The translations under genes were made by a program, and so were the position numbers. Positions 27,643 to 38,434 of a stretch of 64,000 nucleotides of DNA are shown here, piece by piece; within the stretch, counting starts at the first letter, position 1, and each line of letters begins with the position of its first letter. The DNA comes from Bacteroidales bacterium (GTDB taxonomy: Bacteria > Bacteroidota > Bacteroidia > Bacteroidales > GCA-2748055). The DNA lies in contig JAGLOO010000049.1 in assembly GCA_023138875.1 (NCBI GenBank), positions 688 to 64,687 on the forward strand. Direction: 5' to 3'. The notes under the pieces were generated by a model. It saw only the letters and a program-made list of their open reading frames with translations. It was not told where the DNA came from and made no database searches.

Positions 27643-28914
27643 ATGTTATTATTTTATTTAAAAGGATTATTCAGGGACCGCTCCAGAAGTCTGATGCCGG
27701 TCATCGTAGTGGCCATAGGCGTTACGTTGGTTGTACTGATGCAATGCTGGATAACCGGGGTACTGGGGGACATGATTGTCTTTAATGCCCGTTTTGCCAC
27801 CGGCCACGTAAAGGTGATGAGCCGGGCATACAATGACAACATAAGCCAAAAGCCCAATGACCTGGCCATGATCGGGACTGATGAATTGATGGAATCCTTA
27901 AAGCAGGAATATCCCGATATGGAATGGGTGGAACGCATCCAGTTTGGAGGCCTGGTAGATTCTCCTGACGTGAATGGTGAAACCAAGGCACAGGGACCGG
28001 GCGGAGGTATGGCCGTGGACCTGCTGTCGGAGAACAGCAATGAAGTTGAAAGACTTAACCTTGAAAGTTCTCTGGTCAGAGGCAACCTTCCCAAAACTCC
28101 ATTTGAGGTGATCCTGAGTGAACAGTTCGCCGAAAAATTAGAGGTCGTGCCCGGGGACAATATTACGTTGATCAGCTCCACCATGTACGGAGCCATGTCT
28201 ATTACCAATTTTATGGTCAGTGGTACCATAAAGTTTGGTGCTGCTATGCTTGACCGAGGTGGAATGATCGCCGATATAAGCGGGATCCGGCAGGCACTGG
28301 ATATGCAGGATGCCACAGGAGAGATCCTGGGATACCTGCCATCTGGTGAATATGATGACTTTGAAGCAGCATTCATAGCCAGTACATTTAATGAAAAGTA
28401 CAGCGATACGCAGGATGAGTTCTCGCCGGTGATGCTATCATTGCGCGAACAGAACACGATGACCATGTACCTTGATATGATCGACTATTTCAAGAGCATA
28501 ATCATCGGTATCTTCCTGGTGGCCATGTCCATCGTCCTCTGGAACTCCGGACTGCTGGGCGGATTGCGCCGATATGGAGAAATGGGACTCAGAATAGCCA
28601 TCGGAGAGGAAAAGAACCACATTTACAGGAGTTTGATCACTGAATCAGTTTTCATTGGCATAGCAGGTTCACTAGTGGGCACACTGTTTGGCCTTTTGTT
28701 GGCGTCATTACTAACAAAGGGAATTGATATCACCAGTATGGCGCAGAATTCTACCATGATGATGCAGAGTGTGATGAAGGCAAAGATCACCACGGATGCC
28801 TATTACATCGGTTTTATTCCAGGTCTTATAGCAACCGTTCTTGGAACCGCACTTGCCGGAATCGGGATATATAAACGCAAAACAGCACAACTTTTTAAAG
28901 AATTACAGGCATGA
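27643..28914 (+). CDS. ABC transporter permease, FtsX/MacB-like (second copy)
   Basis: Same architecture as the preceding gene, with FtsX motif GEMGLRIAIGEEKNHI. Its stop overlaps the next start (ATGA at 28911). Confidence 0.8.
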   Translation: MLLFYLKGLFRDRSRSLMPVIVVAIGVTLVVLMQCWITGVLGDMIVFNARFATGHVKVMSRAYNDNISQKPNDLAMIGTDELMESLKQEYPDMEWVERIQFGGLVDSPDVNGETKAQGPGGGMAVDLLSENSNEVERLNLESSLVRGNLPKTPFEVILSEQFAEKLEVVPGDNITLISSTMYGAMSITNFMVSGTIKFGAAMLDRGGMIADISGIRQALDMQDATGEILGYLPSGEYDDFEAAFIASTFNEKYSDTQDEFSPVMLSLREQNTMTMYLDMIDYFKSIIIGIFLVAMSIVLWNSGLLGGLRRYGEMGLRIAIGEEKNHIYRSLITESVFIGIAGSLVGTLFGLLLASLLTKGIDITSMAQNSTMMMQSVMKAKITTDAYYIGFIPGLIATVLGTALAGIGIYKRKTAQLFKELQA

Positions 28915-29639
28915 TACGAATAACAGTCGCGTTGCTGCTGATGGCTTCTATGCTTTCAGCACAACCAACAGGGAAAGAGATCCTGGACAGAATTGATGAA
29001 AATATGTCGTCCGATACCAGGTATTTGAAGTCAAAAATGGTGATCCATGGACCCAGAACATCCAGAACCATCGAATCGGAATCCTGGGCAAAAGGGGATC
29101 AGGCCGCACTTACGGAATACCTCTCCCCAGCCAGGGAGAAGGGTACAAAAATGTTGAAACTTGAGGATAAACTCTGGATCTTCTCTCCTTCTACTGACCG
29201 AACCATCCAGATCTCGGGACACATGCTCCGGCAGTCAGTCATGGGATCAGATCTCTCTTATGAAGATATGATGGATGATCCCAACCTGACCAGCAAATAC
29301 GATGCTGTGGTGGTAGGTTCTGAAACCTACAATGAACGGGAGTGCTGGATCGTGGAGATGCACGCAAAGGTCGATGATGTGGCTTACCAGATGCGTAAAC
29401 TATGGGTAGACAATGAACGATACATTCCACTGAAAGAGGAGCTGTATGCAAAGAGCGGAAAATTGTTGAAGAAAACGGAGTTAACAGACATCAAAAGAAT
29501 TGATTCCCGCTGGTATCCTGGGAAGATCGTTTTCAAGGACATGCTGAAAAAAGGTGCCGGAACCGAATTCATTGTGGATGAGATACGGTTCAATGTGGAC
29601 ATTCCCGAACATTTGCTGAGCAAAGCTGCACTTCGCTAA
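28911..29639 (+). CDS. outer-membrane lipoprotein-sorting protein, LolA-like (PF17131-type)
   Basis: Signal peptide; GTKMLKLEDKLWIFSPSTDRTIQISGHMLRQSVMGSDLSYEDMMD matches the LolA_like core motif (W.Y.P...r.rRIs....sFmGSDfsyeD). Confidence 0.7.
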   Translation: MIRITVALLLMASMLSAQPTGKEILDRIDENMSSDTRYLKSKMVIHGPRTSRTIESESWAKGDQAALTEYLSPAREKGTKMLKLEDKLWIFSPSTDRTIQISGHMLRQSVMGSDLSYEDMMDDPNLTSKYDAVVVGSETYNERECWIVEMHAKVDDVAYQMRKLWVDNERYIPLKEELYAKSGKLLKKTELTDIKRIDSRWYPGKIVFKDMLKKGAGTEFIVDEIRFNVDIPEHLLSKAALR

Positions 29640-29650
29640 AAAAATGCAGT

Positions 29651-30115
29651 TTACCTGAAGAAGAGGGCAATGCTCAATGAGAAGAGGATCAATAACAGAG
29701 AGATCCCATAGTAGAACACGGAGGCCTTGAATTTCCGAATGGATGCTGAAGATCTTTTGATGAAGATCCTGCCCAGCTGTGTCAGGAAAAGTGCGAATAT
29801 CATCAACGCGATGTGTTCTATGGCCCAGAACCTCAGAGATGCATCATTCTCAGTATCGGGGACTTCCCACATGGCACCCTCAAGGGTGGTCCTGAGGGTA
29901 AAATAAATGATGAATCCAAGGATCAGCTGCAGATAAAGGGCAATGGAGAAGATCACAGATGCCCATTCATCTGCCCGTGAATATTCCCGTTTTTTTGCCC
30001 AGCCCTGTATTGAGAGTACCAGGGTAATGATCCCGGCAAGCAGGGTAATGGTGCTGATATAAATATGGATCTTGAAAGCAATTGTATAAAGCATCTGTTT
30101 CCGTGTAATTTGCAA
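29651..30115 (-). CDS. hypothetical integral membrane protein (about 4 TM helices)
   Basis: Four hydrophobic segments and no recognised motif. Lies downstream of the HK gene on the same strand. Confidence 0.45.
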   Translation of the reverse strand: MQITRKQMLYTIAFKIHIYISTITLLAGIITLVLSIQGWAKKREYSRADEWASVIFSIALYLQLILGFIIYFTLRTTLEGAMWEVPDTENDASLRFWAIEHIALMIFALFLTQLGRIFIKRSSASIRKFKASVFYYGISLLLILFSLSIALFFR

Positions 30116-30140
30116 TTTTATTTAGAATCTGGTTAAATAA

Positions 30141-31403
30141 TCAAGGAAGGACAACTGTGAACCTATGCTGCTGTTGTTGATATTCGTAGCTGATTTTAAA
30201 TCCGTAGTAATCGCAGATCTTTTTAACCAGGGATAGCCCCAGTCCAAAGTTTCCCGTCTTTCTGATATCACGCGAAAATCTTTTAAAAAGTTCATGCTCA
30301 TTGAAAGAGAGCGGGGCTCCCTCATTACAGATCACAAACCTGTCTGTATCAATCTCAATTAAGATCCCTCCTCCATCTACGTTATGCACAATAGCATTTT
30401 TTAATAAGTTGGTTATCAGTACATCGGCAAGACCCTGGTCCATTATAAAAGTCAGATCCTTTTCCGTGTAGATGCGATCTACCTGAATACCCCTTATTAC
30501 TACTAACTCGTGCAGCTTTTCCAGATGATCATCCAACAGGTTTCCCAGGTTGATCTCCTTCCTGCCAGTAAACTGCCGGTTTTCGATCCGGGTAATCAGT
30601 GCAAGGGTATTATTCAACCTGGAAAGATGATCTGCACTTGAATTGATGGACTGGATCAATTGCATTTCATTGAGGCCCAGGTTTTTAGATTGCATCAATA
30701 ATTCTGTCTTGGTCCTGATCACAGCAAGTGGGGTTTGCAATTCATGTGTGGTATGATCCGTATATTCCCGCAATTCTTTGTAATCGCTGGAAAGCCGAAA
30801 GGTCATTCTTTCGAGGACTTTCTTCAAATCCATGAACTCCTCAATATCCGGTTCACCAAGTTTCACCGGCTCTTTCACTGTATCAAATTGCTTCAATTTT
30901 TCCAGGGCATCAAAAAAATCCTTCCAGAGGTTGGCAAAAATAAATTTGTTCAGAAAGAAAATTCCGGCAAGGAACAGGATCACCATCATAGTCATCATCA
31001 GGGTTACTCTCTCCACAAGTTTGTCAGCAGGCATTGTAGATTTGAACAGCTTCACCACATATAAATCACCACCATGCTCAGACTGGAATTGTAGATAACG
31101 GAAGGTTCGGAATTGATTGGACTTGGTGTCGAACATAAGCGTATCTCCAAACCGGTCCCCCGGTTCAATACCCGGCCAGGCTGGTTGAATGGAGATCGAG
31201 TCAACTCCTGGAAGTCCATACAATTGGCCCCCAAGAAAATGCGGGAAAATTTCATCAACAACCTCCTTAATGCCTGTCAGTTCCCGGTCGAGCTCCGAGA
31301 GGCTCATGTTCTTCAGAAACTGGAAGAAGACAATCCCCATGATAAAAAACAGGAACAACGAAAGTGTGGCAATGTAGAGCGTTGTTTTGGTCAGTAGTTT
31401 CAT
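30141..31403 (-). CDS. sensor histidine kinase
   Basis: Two TM helices flank a periplasmic loop. H-box HELQTPLAVIRT, N-box LLKNAIVHN and G-box GNFGLGLSLV. Confidence 0.85.
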   Translation of the reverse strand: MKLLTKTTLYIATLSLFLFFIMGIVFFQFLKNMSLSELDRELTGIKEVVDEIFPHFLGGQLYGLPGVDSISIQPAWPGIEPGDRFGDTLMFDTKSNQFRTFRYLQFQSEHGGDLYVVKLFKSTMPADKLVERVTLMMTMMVILFLAGIFFLNKFIFANLWKDFFDALEKLKQFDTVKEPVKLGEPDIEEFMDLKKVLERMTFRLSSDYKELREYTDHTTHELQTPLAVIRTKTELLMQSKNLGLNEMQLIQSINSSADHLSRLNNTLALITRIENRQFTGRKEINLGNLLDDHLEKLHELVVIRGIQVDRIYTEKDLTFIMDQGLADVLITNLLKNAIVHNVDGGGILIEIDTDRFVICNEGAPLSFNEHELFKRFSRDIRKTGNFGLGLSLVKKICDYYGFKISYEYQQQQHRFTVVLP

Positions 31404-32077
31404 TCCTGTGAAAATTTATAACCAACACCATACATGTTTTTTATATAATCGGGGCAACCTGCATCAACCAGCTTCCGGCGCAGGTTTTTCATATGGGTAT
31501 ATACAAAATCATAGGATCCATAGCCACCGCCATATTCACCCCAGAGGTAATCGGCAATGCTCTCCTTGGTGACAACCCGGTTTCGGTTGGCCATTAAGTA
31601 AAGCAACAGGTCATGTTCCTTCCTGGTAAGGTCTACCTTCCCGTCATCCACAAAACAGGTTCTTGCCTCGGGCATCACCCTGATCATTCCAAAGGTGAGT
31701 ATCTCCTCTCCCTGCATGCGGGTCCTCCTTGCTACTGAATGAACCCTGGCAACCAATTCTGAAAGGTGAAACGGTTTTACCAAATAATCATCCGCACCTA
31801 CCTCCAGACCACGAACCCTCTGTTCAATAGTGTTACGCGCCGATATAATAATGATTCCTGACCGGTCATGGTTCTGCCTGGCAATCTTCACCAGGTCCAG
31901 CCCCTCCCCATCGGGCAGGTTCAAATCGATGAGCAAGCAGATATAGTCATGCTTATCCATGGAACCGATCGCAGTATGGTAATCTGCTGCCTGTTCACAT
32001 CTGAATCCTTCCATTTCAAGGTATGATACCATAGACTCCATGAGCGAAGCCTCATCTTCCACGATCAATATTTGCAT
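31400..32077 (-). CDS. response regulator transcription factor, OmpR/PhoB family
   Basis: Receiver domain (ILIVEDE...LLIDLNLPDG...K in LVKPF) and a winged-helix trans_reg_C domain (LTRKEHDLLLYL...GVGYKF). Confidence 0.9.
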   Translation of the reverse strand: MQILIVEDEASLMESMVSYLEMEGFRCEQAADYHTAIGSMDKHDYICLLIDLNLPDGEGLDLVKIARQNHDRSGIIIISARNTIEQRVRGLEVGADDYLVKPFHLSELVARVHSVARRTRMQGEEILTFGMIRVMPEARTCFVDDGKVDLTRKEHDLLLYLMANRNRVVTKESIADYLWGEYGGGYGSYDFVYTHMKNLRRKLVDAGCPDYIKNMYGVGYKFSQE

Positions 32078-32122
32078 GGATTAGATTTTAAGGTAAAGTA
32101 AGTAAAAAAGAGGGGGATCGCC

Positions 32123-32465
32123 CTAAATTGAGCCTATGGTGCTCAGGGATGTATGAGATTCAGTCTTGAATTTGTTCACATTTTCGCGCAACAGTTCGAT
32201 CTGCGATTGAAACCCGGGAAGGGTATCCCGTAACTCCTCGATATCCGATTCCAATGTCGATATTTCACCATTGAAGGCTTCAATTTTCACCTGGTCAGTT
32301 TCTTTGGCAATTTTCTCATGAAGGTTTTCTACTTTTTTTTAGTCAGGCTGAAGATTTACCTTCCGCCAGGTTTACCCCCTGCTCCTGGAGAAACAAATGT
32401 ATTTGTGCGTTCAGGGAGTCGATGAGCATAAAAACTACGATTAAAATAACCGCTATTCTTTTCAT
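32123..32465 (-). pseudogene. possible disrupted small secreted coiled-coil protein gene
   Basis: A 40-aa ORF (32343-32465: MKRIAVILIVVFMLIDSLNAQ...) stops just before an A8 run. A start-less 72-codon ORF (32123-32338: KKVENLHEKIAKETDQ...IELLRENVNKF...) follows in another frame. The second piece could alternatively start at an internal GTG. Confidence 0.25.
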
Positions 32466-32576
32466 GTGATCTGGTTATTAATGAATTATCCGCCTTACTT
32501 AAAGCATATAAGTAAATAAAATCAGACCACAACAAAAAATAGCTATTTTTAAGCTTACAAACCAAATCTACCAATT

Positions 32577-34904
32577 ATGAAAAGCAAGATCCTGATCTTC
32601 TGCTTTTGTTTCTTTGGCATCTCTCTGGGCGCACAGTTGAAGAGACCGGTTCTAACCGGGGCAGCGAAAATGGAAATGTATGATGCTCACGAGCAAATGC
32701 GGGACAACTCCAGCTACAAAGAGCTGCACTGGCAATACATTGGACCGACTAATATCAGCGGAAGATGTACCGATGTGGAAGCCATAGGACCAAAAGGAGT
32801 AAGCTACACCATATGGGTGGCAACGGCATCAGGAGGGGTTTGGAAAAGTGTGAATGAGGGAGTTACCTTTGAGCCGGTATTCGAAAACCAGGGGACTTCC
32901 ACAATAGGCGATCTGGCAGTCACACCGTCCAATCCCGAAATTGTATGGGTGGGTACCGGTGAGGCCAATATTTTCAGGTCATCCAACCCGGGATGCGGCG
33001 TCTGGAAAACCACCGATGGAGGTAATACATGGAACCACATGGGACTGGAAGAGACCTTTACCATTTCCAGGATTCTGGTGCATCCGGAAAACCCTGAGAT
33101 CGTTTATGTGGCCGCATCAGGCCACGAATGGACAGAAAATGAGGACCGGGGCCTTTACAAAACTACCGATGGGGGAAAGTCATGGGAGAAGATCCTGTAC
33201 AAAGGACCCGAAAGCGGTGTGAATGATATAGTAATGGATCCCCGCGATCCGGATGTGATCTATGCCACTACCTGGCAGCGGACCAGGTTAAAGTGGCACG
33301 ATCCCCGGACCTATGAGAACCATAAGAACAACGGCGTCTGGAAAACCACCAATGGAGGTAAAAGCTGGGATAAGCTTTCAAAAGGACTGCCTGCATCAAA
33401 ATATCTGGGTCGTACCGGTATCGATGTTGCACGATCCAATCCTGATGTTGTTTACGCTTTTGTGGATGATTACGAAATTGCTTTTAAGGCTGAGGAAGGG
33501 GAACTGGATGCCTACAGAAGGCAAAAAAAAGATGTGATCAAAGGAGCCACCCTCTACCGTTCTGACGATGGTGGTGGATCATGGCACCAGGTAAGCGGTC
33601 TTACTGAAGAGACAAAGAAATATATGTCCGGTCATTCGGGAACCTATGGATGGGTATTCGGACAGATGCGGGTAGATCCCAATGATGAAAACCGGGTGTA
33701 TACCCTGGGACTCTGGATCAATATTTCCTCAGATGGAGGCGCGAATTTTGAGTCCATCAAACGTAAGATTCATGCCGACCAGCACGGCATGTGGATCGAT
33801 CCGGACAACTCCAGTTACATCCTGGCCGCACACGATGGAGGCATTAGTGTTTCATACGACATGGGTAAGAACTGGCGTTGCTTTATCAAAGAGCTACCCC
33901 TGGCACAATTCTATAATGTGGCGTATGACATGCATGAACCCTTCAGGGTATACGGATCCATCCAGGACCACCACAGTTTTTACACTGAAGTGGATCTCTC
34001 GGAAGGCCGGGATAATATCCGTCCTACAGAATGGGATTACACGCTGGGAGCTGAAGGAAGCACCCATGTGATTGATCCCAGGGATAACAACACCATTTTT
34101 GCTTCCCTTTTTTACGGAAAGCTTGCCAGGGCAACTGTGGATGGATATCCGGATAACATGGAATGGATACTACCTGAAATTTTTCCTGAGGAAACGGAAT
34201 TCAGGGGACAGTGGGTAGCCCCAACCTTCCTTTCAATACATAATGCGGACATTGTGTACCACGGCGTACAATATGTATTAAGATCGACCGACAAGGGCGG
34301 TACGTGGAAAAAAATCAGTCCGGATCTTACCTACAATGATCCGAAGAAACAGGGCGATATCAGCTACCAGACCATCAGTGCCCTGCAAGAATCCAGGTAT
34401 AATTCTAACCTTCTCTATGCCGGTACGGATGATGGCCGGCTGTGGCGCACTAAAAACGGGGGTGAATCCTGGGAGGATATCCGAAAAGACCCGCTGCCGG
34501 TACACTGGGTATCCCGGATCGTGTCCTCCGTGCATGATTTCGGGACCGTATATATAACCCAGACCGGACGAAGGGATGACGATGCAGCGGTGTATGTGTG
34601 GCGGTCCACCAATTTCGGGACAACCTGGGAGGATATTTCAGCCAATATCCCGGCCGGACCAGTGAATGTGATCCGGGAGGATCCGGGGGATAAGAACATC
34701 CTTTATCTGGGTACCGATGTGGGGGTATATGTTTCAAAAGACGGAGGACAACAATGGGAGGTGCTGGGAGACCTGCCGTGCACCTATGTGCACGACCTGG
34801 CCATCCACCCCCGCGACAACATGATCATCATCGCCACCCACGGCCGTGGCATGTTCGTGTTGGATGCTGATCCGGTTAATAAAGATGATAATTCATCAGA
34901 ATAA
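32577..34904 (+). CDS. BNR/Asp-box repeat (sortilin/VPS10-like) secreted glycosyl-hydrolase-like protein
   Basis: Signal peptide and at least 9 Asp-boxes (TTDGGNTW, TTDGGKSW, TTNGGKSW, SDDGGGSW, SSDGGANF, STDKGGTW, TKNGGESW, STNFGTTW, SKDGGQQW). Confidence 0.75.
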   Translation: MKSKILIFCFCFFGISLGAQLKRPVLTGAAKMEMYDAHEQMRDNSSYKELHWQYIGPTNISGRCTDVEAIGPKGVSYTIWVATASGGVWKSVNEGVTFEPVFENQGTSTIGDLAVTPSNPEIVWVGTGEANIFRSSNPGCGVWKTTDGGNTWNHMGLEETFTISRILVHPENPEIVYVAASGHEWTENEDRGLYKTTDGGKSWEKILYKGPESGVNDIVMDPRDPDVIYATTWQRTRLKWHDPRTYENHKNNGVWKTTNGGKSWDKLSKGLPASKYLGRTGIDVARSNPDVVYAFVDDYEIAFKAEEGELDAYRRQKKDVIKGATLYRSDDGGGSWHQVSGLTEETKKYMSGHSGTYGWVFGQMRVDPNDENRVYTLGLWINISSDGGANFESIKRKIHADQHGMWIDPDNSSYILAAHDGGISVSYDMGKNWRCFIKELPLAQFYNVAYDMHEPFRVYGSIQDHHSFYTEVDLSEGRDNIRPTEWDYTLGAEGSTHVIDPRDNNTIFASLFYGKLARATVDGYPDNMEWILPEIFPEETEFRGQWVAPTFLSIHNADIVYHGVQYVLRSTDKGGTWKKISPDLTYNDPKKQGDISYQTISALQESRYNSNLLYAGTDDGRLWRTKNGGESWEDIRKDPLPVHWVSRIVSSVHDFGTVYITQTGRRDDDAAVYVWRSTNFGTTWEDISANIPAGPVNVIREDPGDKNILYLGTDVGVYVSKDGGQQWEVLGDLPCTYVHDLAIHPRDNMIIIATHGRGMFVLDADPVNKDDNSSE

Positions 34905-35242
34905 TGTATACCATTTACCACAATCCCCGTTGTAAAAAGAGCCGGGCCGGACTCCACTATATCACTGAAAAGAATCTGGACCACCAGGTAAGGGAGTACC
35001 TCAAGGATCCGCTTTCCGAGGAAGAATTGACCACACTGGTGATGAAGCTCAATGTAAAACCGGTGGACCTTGTCCGAACCCAGGAGGAGTATTACAGGAA
35101 GGAACTAAAAGGCCTGAACCTCAACGATGAAGAGTGGATCAAAGTGATGGTAGAAACCCCCAAACTGATCCACAGGCCTATCGTAGAAGGAAAATATAAA
35201 GCTGTGATCGGGAATCCGGTTGAAAACATCGACAACCTGTAA
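34904..35242 (+). CDS. ArsC-family (glutaredoxin-type arsenate reductase/YffB-like) protein
   Basis: N-terminal IYHNPRCKKSR resembles the IYHNPxCxxSR ArsC-family motif. 112 aa; the start overlaps the preceding stop. Confidence 0.7.
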   Translation: MYTIYHNPRCKKSRAGLHYITEKNLDHQVREYLKDPLSEEELTTLVMKLNVKPVDLVRTQEEYYRKELKGLNLNDEEWIKVMVETPKLIHRPIVEGKYKAVIGNPVENIDNL

Positions 35243-35289
35243 GCAACCTTTTTCGTACCTTTTCCGTACTATTTGAAAAAGTTATAGTC

Positions 35290-35763
35290 ATGAAGATAAA
35301 GCGTTGGCTTGTTTTTATTACTGTCTCGATCATATTGGTATCGTGTGATAAGAACAGTGGCCCTTTTGTTCAGGTCAAAGGTATTGAGAACCTAATCTAC
35401 CTCTCCATAAAAGCTTACAGAACCGACAATGGGTTGGACGGACCATTTGTCCACCAGCCCATCATGATAAATGAGGCCCAGATCTATTCCTACAAGATGG
35501 CAAATGGTGTGGAACCCGTAGGCACGCAGGGGCTGACCGAACACTGGAACACCATCCATGAAAAGATCGGGGGGTACAACGACCAGGCAATTGTGTTGAG
35601 TACAAACACCAACGACGAGGATGAAATACTCTCCCAATTATTGAAAATACCAGACGCGGATTCCATTCTACTGAAAGATGTGACCCAGTGTGCAGTGGGG
35701 GTTGAAGCTGATACAGCCGGAATTAACTATGTTACCATCATAATGATGAAGGTGGATTCCTAG
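35290..35763 (+). CDS. hypothetical lipoprotein
   Basis: Lipobox ILVSC at aa 15-19. No firm family; a weak CAP/SCP-like impression only. Confidence 0.45.
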   Translation: MKIKRWLVFITVSIILVSCDKNSGPFVQVKGIENLIYLSIKAYRTDNGLDGPFVHQPIMINEAQIYSYKMANGVEPVGTQGLTEHWNTIHEKIGGYNDQAIVLSTNTNDEDEILSQLLKIPDADSILLKDVTQCAVGVEADTAGINYVTIIMMKVDS

Positions 35764-35846
35764 CTCTCCTTTCCTTTCCAACAACATTTTTATTCTTTCT
35801 TTTTCTACCTGCCGTTTCTGTATATTTAATCAAAAATTTACAGGCT

Positions 35847-37238
35847 ATGGACTACAGGATTGAAAAGGATACCATGGGTGAGGTACAGGTACCTGCCGAC
35901 AAGTACTGGGGTGCTCAGACCCAGCGTTCAAAAGACAATTTTAAGATCGGGGATGGCCGAATGCCCATTGATATTATCAAAGCTTTTGGATTCCTGAAAA
36001 AGGCTGCCGCGGCAACAAACCAGGAACTCGGTGTGCTTCCGGAAGAAAAAGCCGAATTGATCATGCAGGTGTGTGATGAGATCATTGAGGGAAAACTGGA
36101 TGACCAATTTCCTTTGGTGGTATGGCAAACCGGATCCGGTACCCAATCCAACATGAATGTAAACGAAGTGGTGGCCAACAGGGCTCACGTGATCAAGGGC
36201 AATAAACTGGGTGAAGGGTCCAGGCAGATCCATCCCAACGATGATGTGAACAAATCCCAGTCTTCCAACGACACCTTCCCCACGGCCATGCACATCGCCG
36301 CATACAAGGTGCTCACCGAAGTAACCATTCCCGGTGTGAAGGACCTTCGGGACACACTTAAAGAGAAGGCAGATGCCTTTATGGATGTGGTAAAGATAGG
36401 CCGTACCCACTGGATGGATGCCACACCCCTTACCCTGGGACAGGAATTCTCCGGGTATGTATCGCAGCTGGACCATGGTCTCAAAGCCCTGATGAACAGT
36501 TTGAACCACCTGTCTGAGCTGGCACTGGGAGGAACGGCCGTGGGTACGGGGATCAATACTCCTGAAGGCTATGACGAACTGGTGGCTGATTACATTGCAA
36601 GGTTTACAGATCTTCCGTTTGTTACCGGAGCAAATAAATTTGAGGGGCTTGCAGCCCATGACGCTATCGTGGAAACACATGGTGCCCTGAAAACACTTGC
36701 CGTAAGCCTCATGAAAATTGGAAATGATATCCGGATGCTGGCTTCCGGTCCGCGCTGCGGCATCGGGGAGATCTCCATTCCGGCCAATGAACCCGGATCC
36801 TCCATCATGCCCGGAAAGGTAAATCCCACCCAGGCCGAAGCTCTAACCATGGTTTGTGGTCAGGTCATGGGAAATGATGTGAGCATTAGCGTGGGCGGCA
36901 GCAACGGGCATTTTGAACTGAATGTGTTCAAACCCATGATGATCCACAATTTCCTGGAATCGGCCCGGCTCATCGGCGATGCCTGTTGGTCATTCAATGA
37001 GAATTGTGCGGTGGGGATTGAACCCAACCATGAAAGGATCAAGCAAAACCTGAACAATTCCCTGATGCTGGTTACTGCACTGAATACCCACATCGGTTAT
37101 GAAAAAGCCGCTGTAATTGCCAAGACAGCACACAAAGAGGGTACTACACTAAAAGAAGCTGCACTGGGATTAGGATACGTGACTTCAGAGGATTTTGACA
37201 GCTGGGTGGATCCATCTAAGATGACAGGTTCACTTTAG
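35847..37238 (+). CDS. fumC: class II fumarate hydratase
   Basis: Fumarate lyase signature [21 protein letters not shown] and [14 protein letters not shown]. 463 aa. Confidence 0.95.
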   Translation: MDYRIEKDTMGEVQVPADKYWGAQTQRSKDNFKIGDGRMPIDIIKAFGFLKKAAAATNQELGVLPEEKAELIMQVCDEIIEGKLDDQFPLVVWQTGSGTQSNMNVNEVVANRAHVIKGNKLGEGSRQIHPNDDVNKSQSSNDTFPTAMHIAAYKVLTEVTIPGVKDLRDTLKEKADAFMDVVKIGRTHWMDATPLTLGQEFSGYVSQLDHGLKALMNSLNHLSELALGGTAVGTGINTPEGYDELVADYIARFTDLPFVTGANKFEGLAAHDAIVETHGALKTLAVSLMKIGNDIRMLASGPRCGIGEISIPANEPGSSIMPGKVNPTQAEALTMVCGQVMGNDVSISVGGSNGHFELNVFKPMMIHNFLESARLIGDACWSFNENCAVGIEPNHERIKQNLNNSLMLVTALNTHIGYEKAAVIAKTAHKEGTTLKEAALGLGYVTSEDFDSWVDPSKMTGSL

Positions 37239-38434
37239 TCCCTGCGGATAAAGACAAAGTCACCGCCTTCATCACCCACATTCTGGATGGTGCCATACTG
37301 TGGAATGTTGGGACTGTTGTTCATGACTGCTTCCCGTAAACTCGAGTACAACTGTTCGGAAGGCATGTATTTTTTGTTGTTTTCACTCAGCCTCTTGATG
37401 AGGTACTCAATAAAGACACTTTTGTCCGGTACTTCTTTCAAAGTACCACTGGTCATGGCTTTCCGGCTGGTGAGCTTATAAAGTTTTTCAATGGACATCA
37501 CATTATTGAATGCTGCCCTTGACTTGAAGATCCCACCGCTGAAACAGGCATCAGCGATAAGCAGTGTATGCTTGGTATTCAACACATTCAGATAATTGGT
37601 CAGGTCGGTATTGGGAAGCCAGTTCACCGGGTTATCCCTGCTGGCATCCCTGGGCAACCAGTACCCCGTGGTCATTTCCTCATCCCAGTAGCCATGACCG
37701 GCATAATAGATTAAAAGGTTGTCTTTAGGGGTTACCTGATTACGCATTTTGTGAAGGGTTCCAATGATATCAGCTTTGGCAGGATTCTTCAGAAATATGA
37801 TGTTCTCCTTTTCAAAAATGTAGTCAGAGCTAATGACATTGTAAAACCTGTTGGCATCTCTTATGGGTTGATCAAGGTCGGTGATAGCAGGATCGTTATA
37901 CCTTTCCACTGCAATAATGAGGGCATAATATTTGGCACTGGTGATGTCATAAACAATCTCCACTGAGCTTTCAAGTTTCTTACCTGTAGTGGATACTGCT
38001 TCAATCTTAAGTTCATTGCTTCCCAGGGTGAGATCCATCCGTTCATCAATCACTAACTGCCTGATGGTGGAAACGGGTGGAATGATGTTCCTGACGAACT
38101 GACCATTAATGAAAAGGTTTACAAACCTGATATTTTCATTGGAATTGACTGTGGCCTTTATTTGGTAAGTGCTTTCAGAAGTTTTAACGCTACTCATGGT
38201 AGGCGATATCCAGGTAAATCCATCCACTTCACCGGTCAACTCAACAGCAGCCTTTTGCCCCATAGGTATGACCACCGGCTGACTATCTCCATTGGCTCGT
38301 GTGGACTTCTTTTTCATATTCAGCTGGACCACACCACTGGATTTTTCTACAGTCTGCCCGCTCACCTGGAAACAAATCCCAAAAGCAATCAAGACTACAA
38401 CCGAAAATAACCTGTTTTTCATGACCCTGCGCAT
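37235..38434 (-). CDS. exported Ig-like / caspase (peptidase C14) domain protein
   Basis: Signal peptide [23 protein letters not shown]. Beta-sandwich region aa ~30-160. C14 dyad YYAGHG (H247) and IADACFSGG (C297). It shares GYW(L/I)P.DA and the C-terminal PQ(Y/F)G.I....(D/E)(E/G)G.F.FI tail with ORF 12092-14434. Confidence 0.8.
   Translation of the reverse strand: MRRVMKNRLFSVVVLIAFGICFQVSGQTVEKSSGVVQLNMKKKSTRANGDSQPVVIPMGQKAAVELTGEVDGFTWISPTMSSVKTSESTYQIKATVNSNENIRFVNLFINGQFVRNIIPPVSTIRQLVIDERMDLTLGSNELKIEAVSTTGKKLESSVEIVYDITSAKYYALIIAVERYNDPAITDLDQPIRDANRFYNVISSDYIFEKENIIFLKNPAKADIIGTLHKMRNQVTPKDNLLIYYAGHGYWDEEMTTGYWLPRDASRDNPVNWLPNTDLTNYLNVLNTKHTLLIADACFSGGIFKSRAAFNNVMSIEKLYKLTSRKAMTSGTLKEVPDKSVFIEYLIKRLSENNKKYMPSEQLYSSLREAVMNNSPNIPQYGTIQNVGDEGGDFVFIRRD

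Noticed and set aside
32333-32340. The T8/A8 homopolymer as a phase-variation switch joining the signal-peptide ORF to the coiled-coil ORF.
   Set aside because: The upstream ORF's stop codon precedes the tract, and the other frame has a stop 9 codons earlier. No single-base slippage restores a continuous reading frame.
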